Sequence record: NC_104726.1
Reading direction: 5' to 3' (one strand)
From: a phage
Length of the DNA stretch: 64,000 nt
Part shown: piece by piece, positions 1-9,996 of the stretch
How positions within the stretch are numbered: the stretch's first letter is position 1
Layout: every line of letters starts with the position of its first letter
Made by a program: the position numbers and the translations under genes
The notes under the pieces: model-generated
The model's database searches: none
Seen by the model: only the letters and a program-made list of their open reading frames with translations
Told to the model about the DNA's origin: nothing

Positions 1-469
1 CACGTAGCCAACTGATCCCTCTACCTATCATGTCAGGTGACCATGATGGGCAGTGTGTACCCATGAAAGGATCAGATGTTTTTCTGTCGTTATGTAGCTC
101 CCACGATACCAGATCTCCATACGAGGAAATAGGATTACCGTCGATAAGTATATCTTCTATACCTTCCAGAGGGTGATTGGCAAGAACAATAGCACAATGG
201 AGGGTTCTGTCGCTATCCTGCTCCAAAAACGCAAGCAATCCAGATGTGCGTGTCTTTCCATACACTACAGAGCAAGGTGCAGCAGAAGATCTGAGAAGCT
301 TTTGTCTATCTTGCTGACTTCTGTAAGATTTGTTGCCCTCAAAAATCTTATCCAGAGTTCTGGTGGTAACAGTGTTCAGGCTGTCAGCCAGAGCTGCCTT
401 GGATGCGTTCCAGTCATAACTTGAAGATCTTGCAGAAGCAACGATGTTATCAATCATTGCAATTGGCAT
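1..469 (-). CDS. tail-module protein, 5' portion only (gene runs off left edge of window)
   Basis: minus-strand frame open from ATG at 469-467 (TAATG overlap with upstream stop) to base 1; translation begins MPIAMIDNIVASARSS; not in ORF track because no in-window stop. Confidence 0.4.
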   Translation of the reverse strand, partial: MPIAMIDNIVASARSSSYDWNASKAALADSLNTVTTRTLDKIFEGNKSYRSQQDRQKLLRSSAAPCSVVYGKTRTSGLLAFLEQDSDRTLHCAIVLANHPLEGIEDILIDGNPISSYGDLVSWELHNDRKTSDPFMGTHCPSWSPDMIGRGISWLR

Positions 470-906
470 TAATACCTCCAGACATCAACAACGATAGAAT
501 CTTTCATATCGAACATAAAGACCCCTTTATCACCTTTCGCCCAAATCTGGTTGTTCCAGAACACACCAGCGGTGAGCCCGTTCAGACCATCGAAGATAAC
601 AATATCGCCACGCTGAACCTGTTTAGGAGTATCTAGTCGAGTCATAAAGAGATCAAAAATAGTAGGCAGGTGTGTGGTTTTGAAACGGAGCATGCACCAT
701 CTTTTGCTTTCCAACTCTGTTTTATACGTTCCTTCGAAGTTAGAAAGAAAATCTGTTCCGTATTGGGCATCAACACACTTAGCTGCAAAGGTGCAGCAAT
801 CGTGGAATCCCCATTCAAAAGGTATGGTGGCCTCTTCGTCAAACACTTTCCACAATCTTTCTTGCCAATCCACTAAACGAGGGTGTGTGCTCATTAAACC
901 TCCCAA
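469..906 (-). CDS. hypothetical tail-module protein (Cys/His-containing, possibly peptidase-like)
   Basis: 145-aa ORF in tail gene block; FHDCC motif; no confident family assignment. Confidence 0.35.
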   Translation of the reverse strand: MGGLMSTHPRLVDWQERLWKVFDEEATIPFEWGFHDCCTFAAKCVDAQYGTDFLSNFEGTYKTELESKRWCMLRFKTTHLPTIFDLFMTRLDTPKQVQRGDIVIFDGLNGLTAGVFWNNQIWAKGDKGVFMFDMKDSIVVDVWRY

Positions 907-1460
907 ATGATCGGGCGGCTCGCCACCTGATCCACATATTTAAAAAATCTGTCATTATCGTTTCTTGAGCTGTGGCTTTCCTCCGTGTACCGATAAGGAA
1001 AACCTCTTAACCAACTGTTGAAGATGGAAGAGATGGATATGGACAAAGCACTGTTCTCACCTGTCTGAATAGCCATATCTGTTATAAGGCCGTCAAACAA
1101 GCCATTAGTTGTAACAGGCAGACCATTCTCCATAGCGGTAATATACAACGTGGCACGACAACCAGAATACTCCGTCTTCAGTAGATCACCAACATACTTA
1201 GGATCAAACCCGTTCAATGTTGCTACCACAGATCCGAAGTTGGTGGCATCTTTCTCAGACACAGCAGTTAATGTTGCTGATCCACCTATCCCTATAAAAT
1301 GTTGCCCCTCAATTACTACAACACCAGTGCCTGAGCACACCCTGACAGTTCCTGTCGGTAGCTCCAGCTTTGCAGCAATTAAGATCTCAACACCATCAAG
1401 CTCCAGCTTTTCAAGAAATAAATTATCTAATGGCGCTCTGATCATCTTAGAAATCCTCAA
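894..1460 (-). CDS. hypothetical tail protein
   Basis: 188-aa ORF, co-oriented and tightly packed with tail fiber genes. Confidence 0.35.
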   Translation of the reverse strand: MRISKMIRAPLDNLFLEKLELDGVEILIAAKLELPTGTVRVCSGTGVVVIEGQHFIGIGGSATLTAVSEKDATNFGSVVATLNGFDPKYVGDLLKTEYSGCRATLYITAMENGLPVTTNGLFDGLITDMAIQTGENSALSISISSIFNSWLRGFPYRYTEESHSSRNDNDRFFKYVDQVASRPIIWEV

Positions 1461-2037
1461 AGAAGGTGATAACTATATTATCACCTTTTTGCATAGCATC
1501 GACTTTTTGCTTAATTTTATAAATATCTCTGATATGAAACCTACCCTTTGGGGATTGAGTTATTATCTTCATAGTATCCCCTGCGGCAATAGGTTTTCTA
1601 AGTCTTGGAGATATGCTTATAACAGCAGACCCAACACCATCGCTGCGCACTGGAGCTGTTACCACTTTCAACTCATCATTGACAGATATTTTATCCCCAG
1701 CTCTGGCTATGTCTCTGTTTGGCTCCCACCCAACCGTCTTCAAAAAATCGTCGTTACCAGTAGGCCCAAGGGCGATTGGCTCATTAGCTGTAACTGAGTG
1801 ACCGTAAGTTTTAATAAGAAAGATGTTTCCATCTTTATACACCTGATCAACAAAGCTCTTAAGCTCTAGCAACTGTGACTCGCTGATATTGGAAACCGTC
1901 AAAGTGCCTTTCCAGTTAGGTGTGGCATAGGTTACTTTTTGCGTTTTACCTGTAAACGGACTTTTAAACGTAACAATATCTGCCAGCAGCTCCAATCTAA
2001 TATCTGGAAGGTATCTAGGCCTTTCCCATAAAAACAT
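1447..2037 (-). CDS. hypothetical tail protein
   Basis: 196-aa ORF immediately downstream of long tail fiber gene, 14-nt overlap with next ORF. Confidence 0.35.
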   Translation of the reverse strand: MFLWERPRYLPDIRLELLADIVTFKSPFTGKTQKVTYATPNWKGTLTVSNISESQLLELKSFVDQVYKDGNIFLIKTYGHSVTANEPIALGPTGNDDFLKTVGWEPNRDIARAGDKISVNDELKVVTAPVRSDGVGSAVISISPRLRKPIAAGDTMKIITQSPKGRFHIRDIYKIKQKVDAMQKGDNIVITFFEDF

Positions 2038-2100
2038 TGTGCCTCCAGGTTAAACAATCATGATAGTTATTTTACCAGATTTTAAGTTAATACGCAATAC

Positions 2101-2129
2101 AAACAAAAAGCCCCCGCCGAAGCGAGGGC
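2101..2129 (-). terminator. rho-independent terminator after long tail fiber gene
   Basis: minus-strand hairpin GCCCTCGC-TTCG-GCGGGGGC followed by UUUUUGUUUG. Confidence 0.55.
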
Positions 2130-2136
2130 AAAACAG

Positions 2137-5100
2137 TTACTTCAGTTTCTCTTGCAACCCAGTAACAACCTCTGTCAATTTTTTAACCTGCTCCTCAAGG
2201 GCGGTTATTTTATCGTCCTGTTCCCTGCAAACCTGGACAAGCAAGCCTGTTACGGCTGCGTAATCCACGCTATAGAATCTTTCCTCTGTTATCAAAGGAG
2301 TTCCATCTTGATCAGAGTTTGGGATTTCCTTTCTTTGCACGAAAGAGCTAACTGCTTCCGGCAGCGCTTCAAGCACTTCTTGTGCTATAACACCTGCATA
2401 AGGCATACCGTTCTCTTTAAGAGTGTAAGTATAACCCTTCATCTTCCGGATAGCTTCTAACGCATCAGGAATAACAGCTATGTTGTCTTTCAGGTCTCTG
2501 TCAGAGCTCTGATTGACAGATGTGCAATTCACTGCACCGTTTACAGAAAGATATCTTGATTTATCCGGCAAGGTACCGCAATGCCATACCCAATTTGCTT
2601 GAGACTCGTCAAGAACCTTAAACTCTAACACGTTTGGACGAGCCCCTGTGCTGCCGTTACCCCAATAATGCATATGGGCGGCATTAGCAGGCATGTTGCC
2701 ACCGTTATTAGTAACATGGCTTCCAGAAATATACACCTTTAACTCTGGGGTAGGTATTTCCCCTTCTGGGGTTGTTCCTCCATACCTGAAGCTAACACCA
2801 TTACCACCTGTTTGGGTCCACGGTCCCCAAGTGAAGACCTGTTTCACCATATTCCCATAACGTGTAAATCTATCGCCATGATAGGTAATATACTCTTGAA
2901 CACACCCATTACCATTATTGGCGTTATTTTGCAACACAATAAGTGTTCCGGCCTCATTTACGGGATAATGACGATCATATGTTGCATCATTATTTGCAGG
3001 CTGATGGTAAATACCTTCCCACAATCCGTGATAGGTGTTAAGGTCTGAAGTACCAAGACCCTGACCCCTGTGTTGCATAGCCTTATTCCAGGGATGGTGA
3101 TTACCACCTTCTATAGACCTGGTATACAAGTTACTTTGTCTGCCAGCAATCTGGAAAGCGTAGTTTCCAGAGAATCCTACAGATAAACCGCCTACAACCA
3201 TGGTATCTTGTGGGCCGTTAACATTACCAGCTATTATTTTTGACGGGTTGTTAGGCCCAAACTGGTTGTTCCAGTCTGCACCCGTGTGGCATACAAAACC
3301 ACCAGGAGCTGAGAAAGTGCCATCTTTGTTGAAATTGTAGAACTTATGAGCTGTACCTACAACATCGCGAACGATAACTTGACCAGCTTCCGGAGTAGAT
3401 CTGAACTCTGCCTGGCCTTGCAGTCTTGCACCATTACCACATTTAGAGGTAAAGGTGTTGTTGATCAGATCCTCTGTTCCTTCCGATGCAGCTTGGAACC
3501 CTGCGTTAGAGAACAGTGCTTTTCTAGTGGTCTGACTGCCAGGACAAATGTAGTCAATACCGTCTGCCCATAGCTCGACTTTTGGCATATTCATTTTGCT
3601 CATCACAGCATAGCGTTCAGCAGTGCCTATATAGTGCCACTGTGTGCCGCCACCAGTGTAGAACCCTGAAGTCCCTTTGAAGTCAACAATAGGTCTGGTG
3701 TTGGTATTATTATCTCCAAGAACAGCAAGATTCAAATCTGCTGACTGGAGAGGTGCAACGAACTTAACACCGTCCTGATTGTCTGTTACAGAGCCAACCT
3801 GGTAATCTTGCTCCCTGGTAAACACCTCGACAACATTTCTACTTGCGTATATGCTGACAGGGAAAGCACGCGCCTCTGCATAGAAAGCAACATATTCTTG
3901 TTTACCCCTTGTTGGAGCAACCATCCCAAGAAGTGCTTTTTCATTCTGGTAGAAATTTACTACCCCGTAGAAAGAGTCTCCTCTGTTTGTCCAACCACCA
4001 GTTCTATAGTGACACTGTAAGGTCGCACAGTTCATAGGGTCATTTCCAGATGAAGACCTGGTGACTATAGTAATATCTGTACCTGTCGAAGGGGCGTAAT
4101 ACGGATCTGTTCTAACGATGATTGGGTAGTATTTCCCATCTTCCATCCCTGCGGTTCTTGGCAGTGTTAAGAAGTCTTTTACACCTGCTGCTATAGGAAC
4201 TTTGAACAGATTCTGAGCGTCTGCTAAAGTTGTAGCCCCAGTGCCACCTGCGGCTTGAGGTAGAGGTTCCCACTTGGCCTTCCGGTTGTTATAAACACCC
4301 CATTCAAGCGTTCCTTCACCTTGCTCGTCCATACCGCCATCCCAGACAACCATCTTGGCGGCTTTCTTGGACCCCCAGAAACCTCTTTCTGCCCCTGAAC
4401 TACGGATCCACTCTCCAAGTCCCCAGTTTGCCAGCTGACCGTTCAGATCACCAACCTGCATATATTTAGGACAATCTAAGACCCCATCCTCACGGAAGCC
4501 TAAATAGCTATGAGTTTCAGATCCTTTTGCGCCTTTGTGCAGGTGGATTGTCAACCAAGCCTTATTGTCGTTTCTTACCTCAGAGTAGATCCTATACCCA
4601 TGCTCAAGGACACCGTCAGCGCCGTATTTATCCCCATGGAGAATACCTGATGGAGACTTAACCTCAGAAGTGCTTTGAGATAGGTAAAGGTTCCCGAAGG
4701 TAGGGGTATTTCTAGACCCGAGACCGATGTGCGATCTAAAGGTATCATCGTTACGAGGTCTGACCATCGGCTGCCATGCAGTCCACTGATTTGTGTTGGC
4801 CTGATAGGTTCTCAAATACCAAACATCTACGTTAGAGAATGGATAGTATTCCTGACGACAACCTGTACCGCCGTTAGCATTGTTCTGCCAGACAATCAAG
4901 TGACCAGCACCAGAACCTGCAGGGTAACCATTTGCCTCAGTTGCATAAGCAGTCATCGGCTGGTAGTATACACCATCCTGATTACCAGTCAAGTTATTGA
5001 TATTGAAATTTGGCTCAAGGGCTGCACGTTGCTTATAGAAAGCACCGATATTGATACGGACCCCAGCGGCATCTCTAGCCCCTGTGCCGCCTTGCTCTAT

Positions 5101-5955
5101 AGCAAGAGGTTGCCACGAAGCTGTTTGTTGGTTCCACATACCCCAACGGCCTGTTGCATCAAGCTGCAAGTACCCTGCCGTATTTAAATCATCTCCAGCA
5201 CGGATAACTGTTCTTGTTGGGTTGTTTGCCTCTAGGCGTTTAAATTCATCACGAAGTGCTATTCTTTTCGTTGTTGCTACACCGTTGGTTACTGCAATGG
5301 TGTACATGGCTCCGGTGGTAGCGCCACGGAAAATACCATCAACAGTTGTAGTATCACGACGAGATACCACACCGTTCAGAAATTTTTCACCAGCTGCTAC
5401 AGAAGGGTAGTTGGTAGTTCTTCCCTCTTCAATAACTGCAGGGCCAACAAAGTTATCAAGGTGAATAACATCGCCTACAGTGTGCACTGTACCAAAATCT
5501 ACACGCTGTGCAAGTGCTTTGGCATCGTTAGCTGTCTGAACAGTAACATCCATTACATCCTGGACAGACTGCCCTTCGGCTGTCATGATCATAGATGCGC
5601 CAATGGTAGATTCCAGCTCCTCCCTTAAGGACGGGTCAGTATATACCATCCATGCAGCATCAGTGATCCCACCATCGGAGTACGGTGAAGACAGTGCAGG
5701 AACAGTGTGCGGAAATTCGCCTTTCCAACGTAGGTAGAGGTCTTCCTCTTCGAAGTAGGCAAAATCCATTGGGCCGTTTAACTTACCACCTTCCTTAAAG
5801 GAGATTACATGAGAAACAGTCCCATCCACATGGACAACATCGCCAATTTTTACACGACGGGTCAGGTCTGGTTGTTGAACAACCAGGTAATCATCCTCTG
5901 TCACTGCGGTAGTGGCAGGAAGAGATTCAATTCTGACAACTTTAATATCAGCCAT
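2137..5955 (-). CDS. long tail fiber / tailspike with C-terminal intramolecular chaperone (peptidase S74-like) domain
   Basis: 1272 aa; N-terminal anchor MADIKVVRIESLPATT...YLVVQQPDLTRRVKIGDVV; C-terminal ~120 aa (SDRDLKDNIAVIPDALEAIRKMKGYTY...coiled coil) typical of auto-cleaving fiber chaperone; internal duplicated segment NNANGGTGCRQEY / NNANNGNGCVQEY. Confidence 0.8.
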   Translation of the reverse strand: MADIKVVRIESLPATTAVTEDDYLVVQQPDLTRRVKIGDVVHVDGTVSHVISFKEGGKLNGPMDFAYFEEEDLYLRWKGEFPHTVPALSSPYSDGGITDAAWMVYTDPSLREELESTIGASMIMTAEGQSVQDVMDVTVQTANDAKALAQRVDFGTVHTVGDVIHLDNFVGPAVIEEGRTTNYPSVAAGEKFLNGVVSRRDTTTVDGIFRGATTGAMYTIAVTNGVATTKRIALRDEFKRLEANNPTRTVIRAGDDLNTAGYLQLDATGRWGMWNQQTASWQPLAIEQGGTGARDAAGVRINIGAFYKQRAALEPNFNINNLTGNQDGVYYQPMTAYATEANGYPAGSGAGHLIVWQNNANGGTGCRQEYYPFSNVDVWYLRTYQANTNQWTAWQPMVRPRNDDTFRSHIGLGSRNTPTFGNLYLSQSTSEVKSPSGILHGDKYGADGVLEHGYRIYSEVRNDNKAWLTIHLHKGAKGSETHSYLGFREDGVLDCPKYMQVGDLNGQLANWGLGEWIRSSGAERGFWGSKKAAKMVVWDGGMDEQGEGTLEWGVYNNRKAKWEPLPQAAGGTGATTLADAQNLFKVPIAAGVKDFLTLPRTAGMEDGKYYPIIVRTDPYYAPSTGTDITIVTRSSSGNDPMNCATLQCHYRTGGWTNRGDSFYGVVNFYQNEKALLGMVAPTRGKQEYVAFYAEARAFPVSIYASRNVVEVFTREQDYQVGSVTDNQDGVKFVAPLQSADLNLAVLGDNNTNTRPIVDFKGTSGFYTGGGTQWHYIGTAERYAVMSKMNMPKVELWADGIDYICPGSQTTRKALFSNAGFQAASEGTEDLINNTFTSKCGNGARLQGQAEFRSTPEAGQVIVRDVVGTAHKFYNFNKDGTFSAPGGFVCHTGADWNNQFGPNNPSKIIAGNVNGPQDTMVVGGLSVGFSGNYAFQIAGRQSNLYTRSIEGGNHHPWNKAMQHRGQGLGTSDLNTYHGLWEGIYHQPANNDATYDRHYPVNEAGTLIVLQNNANNGNGCVQEYITYHGDRFTRYGNMVKQVFTWGPWTQTGGNGVSFRYGGTTPEGEIPTPELKVYISGSHVTNNGGNMPANAAHMHYWGNGSTGARPNVLEFKVLDESQANWVWHCGTLPDKSRYLSVNGAVNCTSVNQSSDRDLKDNIAVIPDALEAIRKMKGYTYTLKENGMPYAGVIAQEVLEALPEAVSSFVQRKEIPNSDQDGTPLITEERFYSVDYAAVTGLLVQVCREQDDKITALEEQVKKLTEVVTGLQEKLK

Positions 5956-5968
5956 TCTTTCTCCTGAA

Positions 5969-5987
5969 AGGGGGCAAACAGCCCCCT
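5969..5987 (-). promoter_or_regulatory. GC hairpin between tailspike and tail fiber genes, immediately 5' of fiber RBS
   Basis: AGGGGGC-AAACA-GCCCCCT; on minus strand followed by TTCAGGAGAAAGA-ATG; weak U tract. Confidence 0.35.
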
Positions 5988-5990
5988 ATG

Positions 5991-8588
5991 TTAAAGGTAC
6001 AATCCACGGTATTGAGCATAAAGGCCCAGACCGCGAAGGATTTCGCCAGAGTGATAGCCAACCGGATCAGAAACTGCCCAGCAGCCGTTTAAAACATTAT
6101 CCCCATTAATGAAGTGGTGCTTTTGCAGTAGCTTCACACAGGCTTCTACAACAATATCTATTTGAGGTATTGTCTCTGAATACCCGCACAGACCTAGCCA
6201 GCAGCAACCTGCAAGCCATTCACCTACCACCCACATCCTGTCTCCTCTGTCCTGATAAGAATATCCCCCAGAGGTGTTAAAGTCTGTAGGTAGATTTCCT
6301 GAATGAGATGACTGGAATCTGTTGAGGAACCATGCCCATTTCTGGCAGAACAGGAACAGTCTTTCATCAACAGGTTCTTTATGTTTCTTGAGCTCATATA
6401 TTGTGCGGCACGCAGCAACAAAAGATCTTGACTGGAGCTTAGAGTTATCTACCATCTCCCACCAACCAGTCAACCCTTCATTACCTCTCTGCCATACATA
6501 ACGTGAGGCAACTGGACCCTCTGTCTTAAATGTATTATTATACCAGACTTGAGCGTCATACAGAAAGCCTATTGTATTTGACAATCTATGGCGATCTATG
6601 TTTTCTGCACCCATGCAGTAGACTGCTGGGTATTGCATGCCTGGGTAGGGCCAATTTGGCCTTTCCTCTAAGAGATAGTTTTCCTTATCTATCACCTTTC
6701 CGGCAGGGAACACACCTGGTGTGTGCCTGTATGCACCTTGCTTGTAGTTTCTGACATAGCAATCACCAACCTTAGCGGTTGATTCTGTCTTGCTTGCCAT
6801 CCATACGCTAAACCAGATTAGATAAGCATCCCTATCTGCAATATAGAATTGCGGCAGTGTGTTGACGCAATATAGATCAAACAAGCCATTACCTATCTGC
6901 CTGTCGCTTAGGCTGAAATCTACAGAGGTGAGTCCCTTAGGATTAGCAAAGAAAGGTTTAATCTCTTCTTCAGTGTGATGAGGTTGTGTCGGATCTAGTT
7001 TGAAATCTCCTAGAGTAAGAGTTTCTGTTATCCATTGTCCATTAGTGGCATATAGATCAGCATACCATAACCACCTGTCTTTGTCAAGAAATTTGACCCT
7101 TACCATCTCATCATCTGATCGATAAGTTACTGAGTTTAAAGAAATCTCTCTTCCAAAATTGAAAGTTACTTTGCCTCTTGCTATATTACAACGGGTGAAG
7201 TTGTCAGAGTGGTTGTAAATGTCAGTATCGTACTGCATACTAACACTGGCACCACCGCTCACGGCAATGTTTTCCTCTTTAGGTAAGAGGTACGGATTAC
7301 CGTCTTTACCAACTACCTCTACGAAATCAGTAACCTTGGCAACTATTTCTGTTACCTCTGCCCCTCCAAAAGGAACCCCTATCCTGTACTGTTTTTTGTT
7401 ATTGTTGCCATCATTAAGGATGAAATGTGGCTGGAACAGAACCCCTTCTCCTCCGAAATTCATAACAATTTCAGCATCTCTGCCTATTTTGTATGTAGTC
7501 CCTTTTTGAATTATTTCGCAAGGCTGGCGTGCGTTCATTCTAAAATTGATATACCCGTCACTGTCCCTACTCATGACAGGAACTGTTCCTGCAACAAGAC
7601 AAGTACCATCTGTGAACGGTGCCTTAATCAACGTGGTCTTTCTAAACAGTTTGTCGTAGGCGTTTATGTCACTGAAATTAAGCAACTTGTTGTAAGACTG
7701 TTTAAACGCGGTGTAATACTTTTCTTCACCTGTCAAGGTGTAGAGTTGATAACAAGCGTCACACCACATTTCTTCCCCGTCCAACTCTGGGGCCTGATTA
7801 TCTGCAACCACGTTTATAGGATTTACAATTACAGGGGATCCAGCAGGTATCACCGATCCACCCTGCTCTTGAGGTAATCTTACACAATAGGTCACCTTGT
7901 GGCTTCCTGTAACACCCTTATCTTGTAATTGGATTGTGCCGAACTCTATAGACGTATGCCCACTGTCGGCTATGCTCCCGTTATCCCAATAGCGGTTACC
8001 ATCCCATGCTATGTACCACTCAACCCACCAACTTAATCCGGATGTTGTCCAATCTGGGTTAGCATCTGTGCCACCGTAAACATCAGAGTCTACAGTGTTT
8101 CTTCCTAACACACCGTTATACGCTTGGAATGCCTTGTCCAGGTATTCCCCCCATGTCGGAGATCCAGCTGGGATTTTTCCTCTACCGTTGGTAAAAGACA
8201 CTACCACATCTTTAAACCCACCGTGTGATGGAACCCCATCTGTGGATAGAGGGTAGTGGGACAATCTTTGCATTTTACTTTCTACGGCATATGCACCCAG
8301 AAGATGACTATTGTAAGCTTCCCAAGCATCTTTTGCCCTATCCAGATAGAAATCGCTTTTCGATGCCCTGTATGCTTCAATGTATCCCAGAATCAACACA
8401 GCTTGGGACTCATGCATTGCCCAATCGTTATTTATCTTATTACCTGCCCACCCTGCAGCTATAAGACCATCAGGGTTTACTAGCTTATTTTGTGTAGGTG
8501 TGTTGGTAATACCTGTGTTGTTATCGAGGCACTTCCTGTGCCCCTCAATCATCTGAAATACGTTATCAATGTTGTGTTGAATACGCAT
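5991..8588 (-). CDS. putative tailspike / receptor-binding protein with glycoside-hydrolase-like region
   Basis: 865 aa, between two fiber genes; N-terminal region has an alpha/alpha-barrel glycosidase-like flavour; assignment by position and composition only. Confidence 0.35.
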   Translation of the reverse strand: MRIQHNIDNVFQMIEGHRKCLDNNTGITNTPTQNKLVNPDGLIAAGWAGNKINNDWAMHESQAVLILGYIEAYRASKSDFYLDRAKDAWEAYNSHLLGAYAVESKMQRLSHYPLSTDGVPSHGGFKDVVVSFTNGRGKIPAGSPTWGEYLDKAFQAYNGVLGRNTVDSDVYGGTDANPDWTTSGLSWWVEWYIAWDGNRYWDNGSIADSGHTSIEFGTIQLQDKGVTGSHKVTYCVRLPQEQGGSVIPAGSPVIVNPINVVADNQAPELDGEEMWCDACYQLYTLTGEEKYYTAFKQSYNKLLNFSDINAYDKLFRKTTLIKAPFTDGTCLVAGTVPVMSRDSDGYINFRMNARQPCEIIQKGTTYKIGRDAEIVMNFGGEGVLFQPHFILNDGNNNKKQYRIGVPFGGAEVTEIVAKVTDFVEVVGKDGNPYLLPKEENIAVSGGASVSMQYDTDIYNHSDNFTRCNIARGKVTFNFGREISLNSVTYRSDDEMVRVKFLDKDRWLWYADLYATNGQWITETLTLGDFKLDPTQPHHTEEEIKPFFANPKGLTSVDFSLSDRQIGNGLFDLYCVNTLPQFYIADRDAYLIWFSVWMASKTESTAKVGDCYVRNYKQGAYRHTPGVFPAGKVIDKENYLLEERPNWPYPGMQYPAVYCMGAENIDRHRLSNTIGFLYDAQVWYNNTFKTEGPVASRYVWQRGNEGLTGWWEMVDNSKLQSRSFVAACRTIYELKKHKEPVDERLFLFCQKWAWFLNRFQSSHSGNLPTDFNTSGGYSYQDRGDRMWVVGEWLAGCCWLGLCGYSETIPQIDIVVEACVKLLQKHHFINGDNVLNGCWAVSDPVGYHSGEILRGLGLYAQYRGLYL

Positions 8589-8589
8589 C

Positions 8590-9258
8590 TTAGATAGCTC
8601 CTGCGATAATCAGTGCCCCGTACCAAGTTAACCCGTTGTCGTAGGTTTCCAACTTGAAAATGTCTGTTGCACCAGCTGTAAATGTTAGGATAGGATCTCT
8701 TCCGTAGGACCATTTAACATTACCAGGCCAATAGACTTTGTTGCCGCCAGAGGTCTGAGTAATGCATACGGTTATAGTTCTCGCCACCCCTTCAAGACCT
8801 TCTGTTTGATTTTCAAAAGAGATTGTGGTATTTGAAGTTAGTCGAACCTTAAAGGTATCCGCAACTTCAAGATCCATATCAAGCTGACCACCGATAGATC
8901 CGTAATCAACTATTCTGCCAGAAGAAGTTGCAGCAAGCTCACCAAAAACAGACCAGGCGTTTGCAGACACACCCCCAGCACCCTCTACAGTGGAGTCTGG
9001 GAGGATTATTTTAGGATAATCCCCGTTCCACGTGTAGTAGCGCTTAGTTTCTGGATCATAAGCAAAGTCCTTCTTGCTCTTAAGATAACCACCCTCTGTG
9101 AAATAGACTATTTTAGTAATGCTGAGATCGTTGACAACATCATCAATCTTAGCCTTTCTTGTCCCATCAGTCTGGTTGACAACCAAGAAGTCATCACTCA
9201 GGACTGTTTCTGCATCTTCAAGATCTGGAATTGGTATTGTAGGATAAGCTACAGCCAT
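8590..9258 (-). CDS. short tail fiber protein
   Basis: 222 aa; N-terminus (DAETVLSDDFLVVNQTDGTRKAKIDDVV) is paralogous to N-terminal anchor of the 1272-aa fiber. Confidence 0.5.
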   Translation of the reverse strand: MAVAYPTIPIPDLEDAETVLSDDFLVVNQTDGTRKAKIDDVVNDLSITKIVYFTEGGYLKSKKDFAYDPETKRYYTWNGDYPKIILPDSTVEGAGGVSANAWSVFGELAATSSGRIVDYGSIGGQLDMDLEVADTFKVRLTSNTTISFENQTEGLEGVARTITVCITQTSGGNKVYWPGNVKWSYGRDPILTFTAGATDIFKLETYDNGLTWYGALIIAGAI

Positions 9259-9267
9259 GATTTCTCC

Positions 9268-9984
9268 TTAGTTAACATCAATAGCACGACCAGACTGGTT
9301 GGCAATAGCCTCATCATTGGAGGTAGCAATAACACCAGAGTATTCGCGCTCATCTGGAGCAAGCGTCCAGGTATTGCGGTTAATGGTTTGTTCTGCCTCA
9401 GTCATCAGCAGATCTTTATCCTGAGTCAACAGAGAGCCTACAGGGATCGGGTTTTCCATCTCAGGACCAGCATACTGGTTCCACCATGTGGCATCTCCGG
9501 TTCTAGGCAATCTGAAGTTGATCAGGTAGTACAGTTTATTAGCCCACTTAATCCAACCCTCATCATCACAGAGAGAGGTTGTCCCAGAATCAGGTTGTGG
9601 GTAGGTAAACTGATCAAGACCTACGAAAGCCAGCCTTACAATCTCGTTCTCTTTGGTAACAACCTCAAAGAACGCTTGGTATGTTCTCGATCTTCGATCC
9701 ATGGTAGACTGGAAGTTTACGATGTTTAGCACATCCGGCTCTTGTCTTGCCACTTCCATAATCTTGTTATCAAGAACAGTCTTCATGACCTTCTTACTGA
9801 GAAAGTCCATATAAGGGAAGCCAAACAACTCGTCAAAGTACCAGCTCCCCTTCCACGTATTAAACCTCATCCACAAGCGCTGGCGCAGACTTACCTGGTT
9901 TGAATCTATCAACTCAAGACCTTTGTCTATCGCCAAATCGCCTGTCTGTGGGTCCATCAATATATCACTATAAAGCGTAGCCAT
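9268..9984 (-). CDS. putative baseplate wedge protein
   Basis: 238 aa, position between spike and fibers. Confidence 0.3.
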   Translation of the reverse strand: MATLYSDILMDPQTGDLAIDKGLELIDSNQVSLRQRLWMRFNTWKGSWYFDELFGFPYMDFLSKKVMKTVLDNKIMEVARQEPDVLNIVNFQSTMDRRSRTYQAFFEVVTKENEIVRLAFVGLDQFTYPQPDSGTTSLCDDEGWIKWANKLYYLINFRLPRTGDATWWNQYAGPEMENPIPVGSLLTQDKDLLMTEAEQTINRNTWTLAPDEREYSGVIATSNDEAIANQSGRAIDVN

Positions 9985-9996
9985 GAAAGCCCTCTA

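Noticed and set aside
1150-1797. 215-aa plus-strand ORF (and similar antisense ORFs at 1613-1801, 2060-2263, 2152-2460)
   Set aside because: Lies entirely antisense to tightly packed minus-strand tail genes, has a low-complexity Ser/Pro-rich translation and no RBS context; treated as chance frame
2137-5955. Diversity-generating retroelement or retron associated with the tail fiber repeats
   Set aside because: No reverse transcriptase gene anywhere in the window and the repeats are in-frame protein domain duplications, not template/variable repeat pairs
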